Source of the DNA: Candidatus Moraniibacteriota bacterium
Lineage (GTDB): Bacteria > Patescibacteriota > Minisyncoccia > Moranbacterales > UBA1568
Assembly (NCBI GenBank): GCA_018061645.1
Contig: JAGOTT010000002.1
Location: forward strand, 23,842 to 87,841
Reading direction: 5' to 3'
Length of the DNA stretch: 64,000 nucleotides
Within the stretch, counting starts at the first letter, position 1; every line of letters starts with the position of its first letter. The position numbers and the translations under genes were made by a program. This document shows, piece after piece, positions 1 to 8,737 of the stretch. The notes under the pieces are model-generated. The model saw only the letters and a program-made list of their open reading frames with translations. It ran no database searches and was not told where the DNA came from.

Positions 1-689
1 CATCCTTCGATGTAGTGCACGGACGAGCCTTCTTCGGCGATGATGAGCGTTCGTTCGAATTGTCCGAACCGTTCCGCGTTGATACGGAAATATGCCTGGA
101 GCGGAAGTCCGACTTTCACGCCTTTCGGGACGTACACGAACGAACCACCCGACCAGACGGCGGTGTTGAGCGCGGAAAATTTATTGTCGGCCGTCGGGAT
201 GAGCGTGCCGAAATACTTCCGGACGATTTCCGGGTGCTTTTTCACCGCGGTGTCCATGTCGCAGAAGATGACGCCCTTCTTCGTGAGCTCCTTCTGGATG
301 CTCTCATAGACGACTTCGCTTTCATACTGTGCGGAGACGCCGGCGAGGAATTTCCGCTCGGCTTCGGGGACGCCGATCTGGTCGTAGGTGTCCTTGATTT
401 CCTGCGGGAGATCCGTCCAGGCATCGGCGTTTCCTTCGGATGCCTTGAGATAGTAAGTGATGTCCTGAAAGTCGATGCCGGAGAGATCGGCGCCGAAGCT
501 TGGCATCTTCTTTTTCTTGAACACTCCGTAGGCATGGAGACGGAGATCCCGCATCCATGCCGGTTCCTCTTTCATATCGGAAATCTCGCGGACGATACCC
601 GCGCTTAACCCGCGCTTCGTCTTCTTGACCGCGCGTTCTGGCATGGAAAATCCGTATTTGTAGTCGAAATCGATCGATTCCTGTTTCAT
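1..689 (-). CDS. sufB: Fe-S cluster assembly protein SufB (N-terminal ~229 aa; C-terminus lies beyond window start)
   Basis: Minus-strand translation from ATG 689-687 reads MKQESIDFDYKYGFSMPERAVKKTKRGLSAGIVREISDMKEEPAWMRDLRLHAYGVFKKKKMPSFGADLSGIDFQD..., the conserved SufB N-terminus. It starts 1 nt after the sufC stop. It is not in the ORF track because no stop falls in the window. Confidence 0.8.
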   Translation of the reverse strand, partial: MKQESIDFDYKYGFSMPERAVKKTKRGLSAGIVREISDMKEEPAWMRDLRLHAYGVFKKKKMPSFGADLSGIDFQDITYYLKASEGNADAWTDLPQEIKDTYDQIGVPEAERKFLAGVSAQYESEVVYESIQKELTKKGVIFCDMDTAVKKHPEIVRKYFGTLIPTADNKFSALNTAVWSGGSFVYVPKGVKVGLPLQAYFRINAERFGQFERTLIIAEEGSSVHYIEG

Positions 690-690
690 A

Positions 691-1404
691 TCAGATATTC
701 TCGAATCCTTCTTTCTCGATTGCTCGGGCGAGTTCCGAGCCGCCGTGCTTCGCGATGACGCCGTTCCCTATGACGAACACCCGGTCCGGTTTGAGATACC
801 GGAGAATGCGGGTCGCATGCGTGATGATGAGGATCGACGAATCACCGGTCTTGTGTTTCAGGATGAACCGCGCGATCTTCCGGAGCGCGTCCACGTCGAC
901 GCCCGAATCGATCTCGTCGAGGATGAACAGCGACGGTTCGAGGATACCCGCTTGGAGGGTCTCGATCTTTTTCTTTTCGCCGCCGGAGAATCCGTCATGC
1001 GCGGAGCGGAAGAGGAGACCCTCCTCGATGCCGAGCTCCTTGGCATACGCTTTCGCGCGGGTGCGAAGAGTGAGCGCGTCCCCTTTTCCTTCGCGGGCGA
1101 TGCGGAGCAGATCGAGGACGGAGACTCCGGGAAGGGGGAGCGGATTCTGGAACGAGAGGAAAATGCCGAGCCGTGCGCGGTCCTCCGGCGCGAGGTTCGT
1201 GATCGATTTCCCGTTGAAGAGAATTTTCCCGCCGCGGGCGACGGAAAAAGCCGGATTGCCCGCGATCGCGTGGGCGAGCGTCGATTTTCCGGAGCCGTTC
1301 GGTCCCATGAGCACCGCGATCTCTCCCTTCCCGATTTCGAGAGAGAGCTTTTTCAGGATTTTTTTCCCGTCGATCGAGACGGACAACTTTTCTATAGTAA
1401 GCAT
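691..1404 (-). CDS. sufC: Fe-S cluster assembly ATPase SufC
   Basis: ABC ATPase motifs (GPNGSGKST Walker A, LSGGEKK signature). Start refined to ATG at 1404 (MLTIEKLSVSIDGKKIL), which is typical of SufC. The ORF track used a TTG at 1452. Confidence 0.85.
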   Translation of the reverse strand: MLTIEKLSVSIDGKKILKKLSLEIGKGEIAVLMGPNGSGKSTLAHAIAGNPAFSVARGGKILFNGKSITNLAPEDRARLGIFLSFQNPLPLPGVSVLDLLRIAREGKGDALTLRTRAKAYAKELGIEEGLLFRSAHDGFSGGEKKKIETLQAGILEPSLFILDEIDSGVDVDALRKIARFILKHKTGDSSILIITHATRILRYLKPDRVFVIGNGVIAKHGGSELARAIEKEGFENI

Positions 1405-1516
1405 AAAAAGTTCTTCTGTTATAAGCACCAAATTCAAAATTACAAATCCCAAATAAATTCCAATATCAAAATAATAAATTCAAAACGTTTCTGTTTTAGA
1501 ATCTTGGATTTATGAT

Positions 1517-1948
1517 TTATTTGGAACTTGGAATTTTAGATTTATGATTTTCTTGGGCAGTCAGTTTTCCCAGTGTGATCTTCGTCAATGTTCGTTCTAT
1601 TTCTTTCTCCAATATTCTCCACACTTCGTTCGTCTGGCAGTGGGAGATGATGGAGCAGGGGAGAGTGTTCTTGAGCGGTGGCGCAAACGACCTGATCGGT
1701 CCGTCGAGCGCTTCGAGGATATCCCAGGCGGAGATGGTTTCGGTCGGACGCGCGAGCGCATAGCCGCCGTCGACTCCTTTTTTGGATTCGACGATGCCGA
1801 CCTGGCGGAGTTTCTGGAGGATTTTTTCGAGGAAATCCTCGGGGATATATTCCGCTTCGGCAAGCTCGTGCGCGGAGACGGCCTGTCCGGAAGCAGCGAG
1901 GCTGACTGCCGCCCGAAGCCCATAATAAGCCTTTTTTGAAACTTTCAT
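1517..1948 (-). CDS. Rrf2/IscR-family transcriptional regulator
   Basis: MKVSKKAYYGLRAAVSLA... winged-helix N-terminus with Cys residues later (PCSIISHC). Lies upstream of sufCB on the same strand. Start refined to ATG 1948. Confidence 0.7.
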   Translation of the reverse strand: MKVSKKAYYGLRAAVSLAASGQAVSAHELAEAEYIPEDFLEKILQKLRQVGIVESKKGVDGGYALARPTETISAWDILEALDGPIRSFAPPLKNTLPCSIISHCQTNEVWRILEKEIERTLTKITLGKLTAQENHKSKIPSSK

Positions 1949-2047
1949 AATATAAGACCAATTAAGTCCTATATTAACAGGAACGAAACATTTTGTCAAA
2001 AGAAAACGCACCTCTTTTCGGGGCGCGTGAAACTTCGCTTCGGGTGG

Positions 2048-2311
2048 CTACTCGGATGGGATACAGACTCCGTCTCGGAGAATGGCGACGCGGATCGGTT
2101 CCTCTTCGGAATCCGACCGCAGCATTCGTTCGCGGATGAACTTCTGAAGCGCGGCGATCCTGTCAGGTGAGATTTCTCCCTGAATCAGTATCGCTATCTG
2201 TCTCCCATCGGTTTCGAGCGGGATGCAGACAGGGGAATCAGGGGTCTCCGCGAAAGCTCCTGAAGCATGTATGAACAACAAAAGAACGACGATGTGGTTG
2301 GCTCTTTTCAA
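2048..2311 (-). CDS. possible small secreted protein (TTG start, signal-peptide-like N-terminus HIVVLLLFIHASGAFA/ETPD)
   Basis: AAGGAG lies 6 nt upstream of a TTG. A hydrophobic signal-like segment follows. There is no homology call. Confidence 0.2.
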   Translation of the reverse strand: MKRANHIVVLLLFIHASGAFAETPDSPVCIPLETDGRQIAILIQGEISPDRIAALQKFIRERMLRSDSEEEPIRVAILRDGVCIPSE

Positions 2312-2699
2312 GAGTGTCTCCTTGGTTGTGACGTGCCCAATCTTCTGATAGGACTGAGGAATGATAGCGTGGTAGGCTGATTCGGTCAACTCTTCCGTCA
2401 GAGATATGAAAAAACCGAGGGCATGTGCCGTCGGTTTTCGTGAGGGGGTCGGAGCGTCGTTCCGGGCGCCGTGATGCCGACATCCGTGCCGGTGGCGCCG
2501 CTCGTTGATCCTTGCGGGATTTCCTGACTCTCGGAGTGAGACGGTTGATCCATCTTTTTGTTCGCAAGTCATCCTGCATTGTCACGATCAAGGCGTGTCT
2601 GTCCGACCCCCTGAGCCCTTGCCAAAAGAACATGTACGAAGTACAATTATACTCTCTTTCAAGAATTTTGTCAAGAGTGAACGATAATGATATCCCTGT

Positions 2700-3683
2700 A
2701 TGGAGCCATATCTCGGATTTTGGAAACAACTGAAAAAACCGTTTTTCGTGTTGGCGCCGATGGACGACGTGACGGATGCCGCTTTTCGACAGATCATCGC
2801 GAAACATGGTCGTCCTGATGTGACGTGGACGGAGTTCGTCTCTGCGGACGGCCTGTGTCATCCGGTCGGGCGGAAGGCGATACTCCCGAAACTGTGGTTC
2901 GACGAGAGCGAGCGACCGATCGTGGCGCAGCTTTTTTCGTCCTCGTCGGAGAAGATGCGTGGCGCGGCAAAACTCGCGGCGGAGCTCGGCTTCGACGGGA
3001 TCGATATCAACATGGGGTGCCCCGACAAGCTTATCAACAAACAGGGCGCCGGCGCGGCGTGCATCCTGGATTTCAAGAAAGCTCAGGACCTGATCCGTGC
3101 GGCGCAGGAGGGGGCACGAGACACAGGGAAGGAACTCCCTGTGTCGGTGAAGACGCGGCTCGGATTCGACACGGATATCCTCGAGAGTTGGTTGCCGGCG
3201 CTCCTCGAAGCGGAGCCGGCGGTCGTAACGATCCATGCTCGGACGCGGAAGGAAATGTCGGACGTGCCGGCACGATGGGAACGGATCGGGCGCGCGGTGG
3301 AAATCGCAAAAGGATCCGGAACGCTTATCATCGGCAACGGTGATGTGCAAGATATTGCGAAGGCGCGGGAGCTTGCGACAAAGACCGGCGTGGATGGGGT
3401 TATGCTCGGGCGGGCGATATTTGGCAACCCGTGGCTTTTCGATGAGGCAAAGGGCGTGGTTTCCGTCGAGGCGAAGCTCCGTGTCATGGTGGAACATACG
3501 AAACTCTATGAGGAGCTGTTTTCCGGCGTGAAGGGATTCGACTCGATGCGTAAACACTACGTCGCGTATGTTTCGGGGTTCCCGCGCGCGAAGGAACTGC
3601 GGGTGAAACTGATGAGCGCCAAGAACGCATCGGATGTTTCGGGTTTCGTCGAGGATTTCATATCGAGTCACGAAAAGTCATGA
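2700..3683 (+). CDS. tRNA-dihydrouridine synthase (Dus family)
   Basis: FVLAPMDDVTDAAFRQI motif and TIM-barrel Dus signature. TGA stop overlaps the mnmA start. Confidence 0.8.
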   Translation: MEPYLGFWKQLKKPFFVLAPMDDVTDAAFRQIIAKHGRPDVTWTEFVSADGLCHPVGRKAILPKLWFDESERPIVAQLFSSSSEKMRGAAKLAAELGFDGIDINMGCPDKLINKQGAGAACILDFKKAQDLIRAAQEGARDTGKELPVSVKTRLGFDTDILESWLPALLEAEPAVVTIHARTRKEMSDVPARWERIGRAVEIAKGSGTLIIGNGDVQDIAKARELATKTGVDGVMLGRAIFGNPWLFDEAKGVVSVEAKLRVMVEHTKLYEELFSGVKGFDSMRKHYVAYVSGFPRAKELRVKLMSAKNASDVSGFVEDFISSHEKS

Positions 3684-4897
3684 AGATAGCGATGCTTATT
3701 TCCGGCGGGGTGGACAGTTCCGTTTCATTGCGGCTGCTTCGCGATTCCGGTCACGATATCACCGCGTTCTATCTCAAGATCTGGCTCGAGGACGAGCTTG
3801 CATTCTTGGGCGAATGTCCGTGGGAGGATGACTTGAAGTATGTCCGCGCCGTGTGCGAGGAGGCGGGTGTGCCGCTCCGGATCGCGAACCTCCAGAAGGA
3901 ATACTGGGACGAAGTGGTCTCGTACGTGATCGCGGAGGCGAAAGCCGGGCGGACGCCGAACCCGGATATCCTCTGCAATTCCCGGATCAAGTTCGGGATG
4001 TTCTACGACCGGTTCGGCAAGGATTTCGATCGGGTCGCGACGGGGCACTATGCGCAAACTGAACTGCGTGATTTTCCGAAAGAAACTTTTTCCACGCCTC
4101 CTCGACTCATCAATTCTTTCGGTTACCGAAAAAATTCCCTCCCTCAACGGCAACCTGAGGAATTTTTTCGAACCGGAAACATTTTTTCAGACAGGAAGGA
4201 GCGCGCGGAAAAAATTCTTTCGGGAAATCCATCCGTACAGGAAGTGCTTCTCAAAAAATCTCCCGACCCGATAAAGGATCAGACGTATTTTCTCTCCCAG
4301 CTGTCGCAGGCGCAGGTGAACAAAGCGCTCTTTCCGATCGGCGGATTTCAGAAATCGGAAGTGCGTGAGTTAGCAAAGAAATATAAACTTCCGAACGCGG
4401 CACGGAAAGACAGTCAGGGGATCTGTTTTTTAGGGCAAGTCGCGTTCGACAAATTCCTCGAGCACTATCTCGGAACGAAGGAGGGCGATATCGTCGATCT
4501 GAAAACGGGGAAGGTGTTTGGAACGCACAAGGGATATTGGTTCCACACGATCGGACAAAGGCGGGGGCTCGGGCTCTCTGGGGGACCGTGGTATGTCGCG
4601 TCAAAAGATATCGGGGATAACACAGTCTTCGTTTCGAACGAGTGGCGGAGCGAAGAGATGGCGCGGGATTCGTTCATCGTTTCGCGATTGAACTGGATCT
4701 CCGGTAAGATTTCCGGGAAAAAGAATCTTTCCGTGAAACTCCGGCACGGACCGAAGGAGTATCCGTGCGAAGTGAAGTTTCTTGACGATGAGAGGCTCGA
4801 AGTGAAACTCGACGGCTTCGACCGTGGGATTGCGCCAGGGCAATTCGCGGTATTCTATGATGGGAAATATTGTCTCGGTGGCGGAGTCATCGTATAA
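3680..4897 (+). CDS. mnmA: tRNA-specific 2-thiouridylase MnmA, carrying a ~50-aa in-frame insertion
   Basis: SGGVDSSV PP-loop, CNSRIKFG and ATGHYA...KDQTYFL motifs. About 70 residues separate ATGHYA and KDQTYF, against ~20 typical. Confidence 0.85.
   Translation: MKIAMLISGGVDSSVSLRLLRDSGHDITAFYLKIWLEDELAFLGECPWEDDLKYVRAVCEEAGVPLRIANLQKEYWDEVVSYVIAEAKAGRTPNPDILCNSRIKFGMFYDRFGKDFDRVATGHYAQTELRDFPKETFSTPPRLINSFGYRKNSLPQRQPEEFFRTGNIFSDRKERAEKILSGNPSVQEVLLKKSPDPIKDQTYFLSQLSQAQVNKALFPIGGFQKSEVRELAKKYKLPNAARKDSQGICFLGQVAFDKFLEHYLGTKEGDIVDLKTGKVFGTHKGYWFHTIGQRRGLGLSGGPWYVASKDIGDNTVFVSNEWRSEEMARDSFIVSRLNWISGKISGKKNLSVKLRHGPKEYPCEVKFLDDERLEVKLDGFDRGIAPGQFAVFYDGKYCLGGGVIV
4073..4227. repeat. AT-rich nested inverted-repeat element inserted in-frame within mnmA
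   Basis: Outer arms tttccgaaagaaactttttcc (4073-4093) / ggaaaaaattctttcgggaaa (4207-4227). Inner perfect 12-nt arms cgaaaaaattcc (4127-4138) / ggaattttttcg (4159-4170). Local GC is ~40% against ~58% in flanking mnmA. Confidence 0.55.
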
Positions 4898-4926
4898 TGA
4901 AAAGCCGCCATTTTGTTGATGGCGGC
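4896..4926 (-). terminator. hairpin GCCGCCAT/ATGGCGGC followed by T-run on minus strand (also closes mnmA on plus strand)
   Basis: aaaagccgccattttgttgatggcggc; the minus-strand reading ends ...ggcggcttttcat. Confidence 0.4.
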
Positions 4927-4938
4927 GATCGTCGATCG

Positions 4939-5376
4939 TTAGGAATCGGTATCCGTTGCGGGTGCTCCTTCGATGAGATGAGCGTGTTCGACGAGTTGGA
5001 ACAAAACGATGGTATAGTCGTCGCCATCCGTTTCCAGAATTCGGATATCGACGGAGACGGGATTGATCTCCACTATATCAACCCTGTTGTTCGAGTGTCG
5101 TCCGACGAATCGGGCGCCACGTTTCGCGAATATGCGCTCGAGGACGTCTTTTTTTAGACATCCGCCACGGATAGCTCTCGCTTTCCAGTCCGGATGGAGC
5201 GAATACGGTTCCTTGACGGAAAACGGATCGATTGGTGATCGCGGGTCGTAATTGAGGGTGATGACATCTTTTTCCACGACTGTCTCCTTGTCGGTTGAAG
5301 GAACTGTGATGCTTCCATTTTTGTATACTATGTCCGCAGTCTTGTCAAAACGAAAAAAGGATTTTTTTGAAAACAT
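4939..5376 (-). CDS. hypothetical protein (145 aa)
   Basis: Protein-like composition, unlike the R/S/P-rich plus-frame ORFs here. Own hairpin terminator downstream. The 5' end overlaps the mutY start, so the start is uncertain. Confidence 0.35.
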   Translation of the reverse strand: MFSKKSFFRFDKTADIVYKNGSITVPSTDKETVVEKDVITLNYDPRSPIDPFSVKEPYSLHPDWKARAIRGGCLKKDVLERIFAKRGARFVGRHSNNRVDIVEINPVSVDIRILETDGDDYTIVLFQLVEHAHLIEGAPATDTDS

Positions 5377-6331
5377 TCTCTCGGACTTCCACCGGAAAGC
5401 CGGGCGGGAGCATTTGCCGTGGCGTCGGAAGGGAATCGGTGTCTATGGGATATGGGCGTCGGAAATCATGCTTCAACAGACGCAAGTCGGGCGGGTGATC
5501 CCGTATTATGAGAAGTTTCTTTCGCGGTTTCCGAATGTCGAGTCGCTCGCCCGGGTTTCGTGGGAAGAGTTTCTCCCGTATTACCAGGGACTCGGGTACT
5601 ATGCACGTGGGCGGAATATGCTTCGGACAGCGCGAATGATCGTTTCGGAGTATGGCGGGAAATTTCCGAGAGACGCGAAGGAGCTTGAGAAATTGCCAGG
5701 GGTGGGGCCGTATACGGCGGCGGCGATCGCGAGTTTCGCGTACGGCAAGGACACGGTCGCATGGGATACGAATCTCCGACGGGTCGTCGGGCGGTTTTTC
5801 TTCGGATCGAAAAAAGCCGATATCCCGAAGGAAAAAATCGAACCGCTGTTTTCCCTGAGGGCGAATGTGCTCAATGCGGCGATGATGGATTTCGGGTCGG
5901 CGATCTGTACGGCGCGACCGAAGTGCGGTGCGTGCCCGCTTTCGTCGCGGTGCGTGTATTTCAAGGAGAAAGGCACGCAAGAAACAAGGGACAAGAAACA
6001 AGATACAAAAATATCCAAAGTTTCAAGTCGAAAAGCTTCGGTCAATTGGAAAGATGCGCGGGTGTTCGTGACGCTCCACGAGAACCACAAGAAATATTAT
6101 TCGCCATTCAAGACAAGGTTTGCGCCGTTCGTCGTGCCGGCATCGCACAACACCCGTGCCGGCATCAAGGATTGGTTTCGACGGAAATACGGTCTCGGAC
6201 TCTCTGTTCGTCCGCCGCATAAAAGGGATATGCTCGATGGTCAACCGACGCTCTTCGTCAACACGCAGATTCTTTCCGGAAAACCGTCATTTTATGTCTT
6301 CAAGAGGAGTGATATGGATAATCGGGGCTAA
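5330..6331 (+). CDS. mutY: A/G-specific adenine DNA glycosylase (MutY family)
   Basis: LPWRR, HhH-GPD region, 4Fe-4S cysteine cluster CTARPKCGACPLSSRC. Start refined to ATG 5330 (MSAVLSKRKK...). Confidence 0.75.
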   Translation: MSAVLSKRKKDFFENILSDFHRKAGREHLPWRRKGIGVYGIWASEIMLQQTQVGRVIPYYEKFLSRFPNVESLARVSWEEFLPYYQGLGYYARGRNMLRTARMIVSEYGGKFPRDAKELEKLPGVGPYTAAAIASFAYGKDTVAWDTNLRRVVGRFFFGSKKADIPKEKIEPLFSLRANVLNAAMMDFGSAICTARPKCGACPLSSRCVYFKEKGTQETRDKKQDTKISKVSSRKASVNWKDARVFVTLHENHKKYYSPFKTRFAPFVVPASHNTRAGIKDWFRRKYGLGLSVRPPHKRDMLDGQPTLFVNTQILSGKPSFYVFKRSDMDNRG

Positions 6332-6418
6332 TTTTTTTGCTTTTCCACAAATTTTTCGTTAAAGTAGGGGAGCTTTCCGAAGTCCGCCGTTCATAATTCG
6401 CTCTTCATCATTTCTTCT

Positions 6419-7474
6419 ATGACAGCTTCCCGGGTCAATGTCTATTTCTTTCTCGCGCTGCTTCTTATAGCTGGCATCGGGGTATTTCTCATCCTGCAAC
6501 CGTTCCTTTCGGCGATCCTCGTCGCGGCGATCCTCGCGGTGTTTTTCATGAAACCGTTCGAGAAGACACGGGCGGTGCTCCACGGGAGCGACGGGTGGGC
6601 GGCGTTTCTGACCTGTATCCTGGTCGCGCTCATCGTGGTCGTTCCGCTCGCGGTCGTTCTCAGTCTCGCGGTGAACGAGGCGAACTCCTTCTATCATTCG
6701 GAGCAGAGTTCCGGGCTTCTTGAGAAGGGGAGCATGGTTGTCGCGAACCTGCCGTTTCTGGAAGTGACATTCGGAGATGGGAAGGGAATGGAACGGTTGT
6801 CCGGATCGTTCCAGGAAATCGGAAAGGGTGCAATCGGTATCCTCGGTGCCGCGTATCAGAGTGTGGCGGGGATGGTCTTGTGGCTCTTTGTGCTCTTCTT
6901 CTCGCTCTTCTATTTCCTCATCGACGGGAGGCGGATGGTCGGATACCTCATGCGGATTTCTCCTCTGCGCGACGAGCATGAGAAACTTCTGTTTCAGAAA
7001 TTCATCTCGATCAGCCGTGCGACGCTCAAGGGAACGCTTATCGTCGGTATCGTCCAAGGAGCCTTGGGCGGGGTCGCCTTCGCGATCGCCGGTGTCCCAT
7101 CGCCGATCATCTGGGGGATATTCATGGCGATCCTGTCGCTTATCCCGATGGTGGGTGCCGGACTCATCTGGCTTCCGGCGGGTATCATCCTGCTTCTTTC
7201 CGGGAGCGTCTGGCAGGGCGTGTTTCTGCTCCTATTCGGTCTCGGCGTGATATCGGTCATCGACAACATTCTCCGACCGAAGCTTGTCGGCCGTGATACC
7301 GAGATGCATCCGCTTCTCGTTTTCTTCGCCACCTTGGGCGGCATCGCGCTCTTCGGGATCTCCGGATTCCTCATCGGACCGATTATCGTCTCGCTCTTCA
7401 TGGCGCTCACGGGGATTTATATGTCCGAATACGCCGCCGAGCTCAAGGAATACAACGATAACGGAAAGGTATGA
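6419..7474 (+). CDS. AI-2E family transporter (UPF0118/PerM-like membrane protein)
   Basis: Multi-TM protein with a typical AI-2E topology and a conserved C-terminal region. Confidence 0.65.
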   Translation: MTASRVNVYFFLALLLIAGIGVFLILQPFLSAILVAAILAVFFMKPFEKTRAVLHGSDGWAAFLTCILVALIVVVPLAVVLSLAVNEANSFYHSEQSSGLLEKGSMVVANLPFLEVTFGDGKGMERLSGSFQEIGKGAIGILGAAYQSVAGMVLWLFVLFFSLFYFLIDGRRMVGYLMRISPLRDEHEKLLFQKFISISRATLKGTLIVGIVQGALGGVAFAIAGVPSPIIWGIFMAILSLIPMVGAGLIWLPAGIILLLSGSVWQGVFLLLFGLGVISVIDNILRPKLVGRDTEMHPLLVFFATLGGIALFGISGFLIGPIIVSLFMALTGIYMSEYAAELKEYNDNGKV

Positions 7475-8304
7475 CGGTTTGGTGGCAGAACATACCGACA
7501 TTTCTCGACCCGATCGTCTTTACGGCCGGGTCGTTCTCACTCCGGTGGTATGCGGTCTTTTTCGTACTCGGCTGGTTCGCCGCGTTCCGGTTTCTCCGGA
7601 GCCGGATCCGAAAAGGCGATCCGATCATAGGGAAAGAGGCGCTCTCCGATCTGGCGACCACCGTGTTCGTCGGCGCACTCCTTGGCGGAAGGCTCGGGTA
7701 TGCGCTTTTCTATGATCCGTCGCTTCTTTCGCATCCGATGTCCCTGGTGTCGCCATTCGATAGTTTTGGCACATGGAGGGGGATATGGGGGATGAGTTTT
7801 CATGGGGCGCTTTGCGGTGTTCTCTTCGGATCGTATTTTTTCGCGCGGTCGAGAAAGATCGGTTTCTGGCGGCTGACGGATTTCATTGTTCCTGCCGTTC
7901 CGATAGCGATTTTTTTCGGTCGTATCGGGAATTTTCTCAATCTCGAGCTGGTCGGAAGGACGACGGAACGATCATGGGGGATGTATTTCCCCGGGTTTTC
8001 CGGACTTCGCCACCCGTCGCAACTCTATGAGGCGTTCTTCGAGGGGGTGCTGCTCTTCGCGGTTCTCTTCATGATCGGGAAACGTCGGATGCGGGAAGGG
8101 TATCTGTCGCTCGCCTTCCTATTCCTATACGGATCCGCGCGTTTCATGCTCGAATTCTTCCGTGAGCCGGATGCCGGGTCGGAACTTTTCTTCGGATGGA
8201 TGACGCGTGGGCAATCGTTATCATTCGGTATGATCGTCTTTTCCATCGCGATTTCCGGCTTTTTCTCGAAGCAGAAAGATGGTATACTGAATGGGAGAGG
8301 GTAA
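7471..8304 (+). CDS. lgt: prolipoprotein diacylglyceryl transferase
   Basis: N-terminus resembling the Lgt N-terminus (FTAGSFSLRWYAVFFVLGWFAA) and FGRIGNFLN signature. Confidence 0.8.
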   Translation: MTVWWQNIPTFLDPIVFTAGSFSLRWYAVFFVLGWFAAFRFLRSRIRKGDPIIGKEALSDLATTVFVGALLGGRLGYALFYDPSLLSHPMSLVSPFDSFGTWRGIWGMSFHGALCGVLFGSYFFARSRKIGFWRLTDFIVPAVPIAIFFGRIGNFLNLELVGRTTERSWGMYFPGFSGLRHPSQLYEAFFEGVLLFAVLFMIGKRRMREGYLSLAFLFLYGSARFMLEFFREPDAGSELFFGWMTRGQSLSFGMIVFSIAISGFFSKQKDGILNGRG

Positions 8305-8710
8305 TAAGCCATTTTCTTTTTTTATGGGGAAAATCATCGGAATCGTCGTCGTGGTCGCCGCCTTGCTCGGAGGAGCGTATTTTTTGAAGACGTCCCAAGA
8401 GGAGGTTGCTGCGGTTCCGGATCAGGAAGCTCTGGTCGTTTCCGGTATCGTCTACTACTATGGCGAGGAATGTCCGCACTGTAAGGACGTCATGAGATTT
8501 CTCGACGAAAACAAGATTGCGGAAAAAGTGGATTTCGAGAAGAAGGAAGTCTGGCACGACATGGCGAATGCCCGGGAGATGGATGCGAAAGTAAAGATCT
8601 GCGGACTCGACAAAAAGAGCGTCGGCGTCCCGTTTCTCTTTGCCGATGGGAAATGTTTTATCGGTACGCCGGATGTGACGGGATTCTTCAAGAAAGCAGC
8701 CGGGATATAG
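8291..8710 (+). CDS. membrane-anchored thioredoxin/glutaredoxin-like protein (CPHC motif)
   Basis: TM helix then YYYGEECPHCKDV CxxC motif. TAG stop. Start may be the ATG at ~8324. Confidence 0.6.
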   Translation: MGEGNKPFSFFMGKIIGIVVVVAALLGGAYFLKTSQEEVAAVPDQEALVVSGIVYYYGEECPHCKDVMRFLDENKIAEKVDFEKKEVWHDMANAREMDAKVKICGLDKKSVGVPFLFADGKCFIGTPDVTGFFKKAAGI

Positions 8711-8737
8711 TCGAAAGGAACACACAAAAGACCCCCT

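Noticed and set aside
15-608. Plus-strand ORF 15..608
   Set aside because: Antisense of sufB.
2238-3671. 477-aa minus-strand ORF
   Set aside because: Antisense to the Dus gene. R/P/S-rich composition typical of wrong-frame ORFs in GC-rich DNA.
8144-8725. 193-aa minus ORF
   Set aside because: Overlaps the CPHC thioredoxin-like gene on the opposite strand, which has clear motifs.
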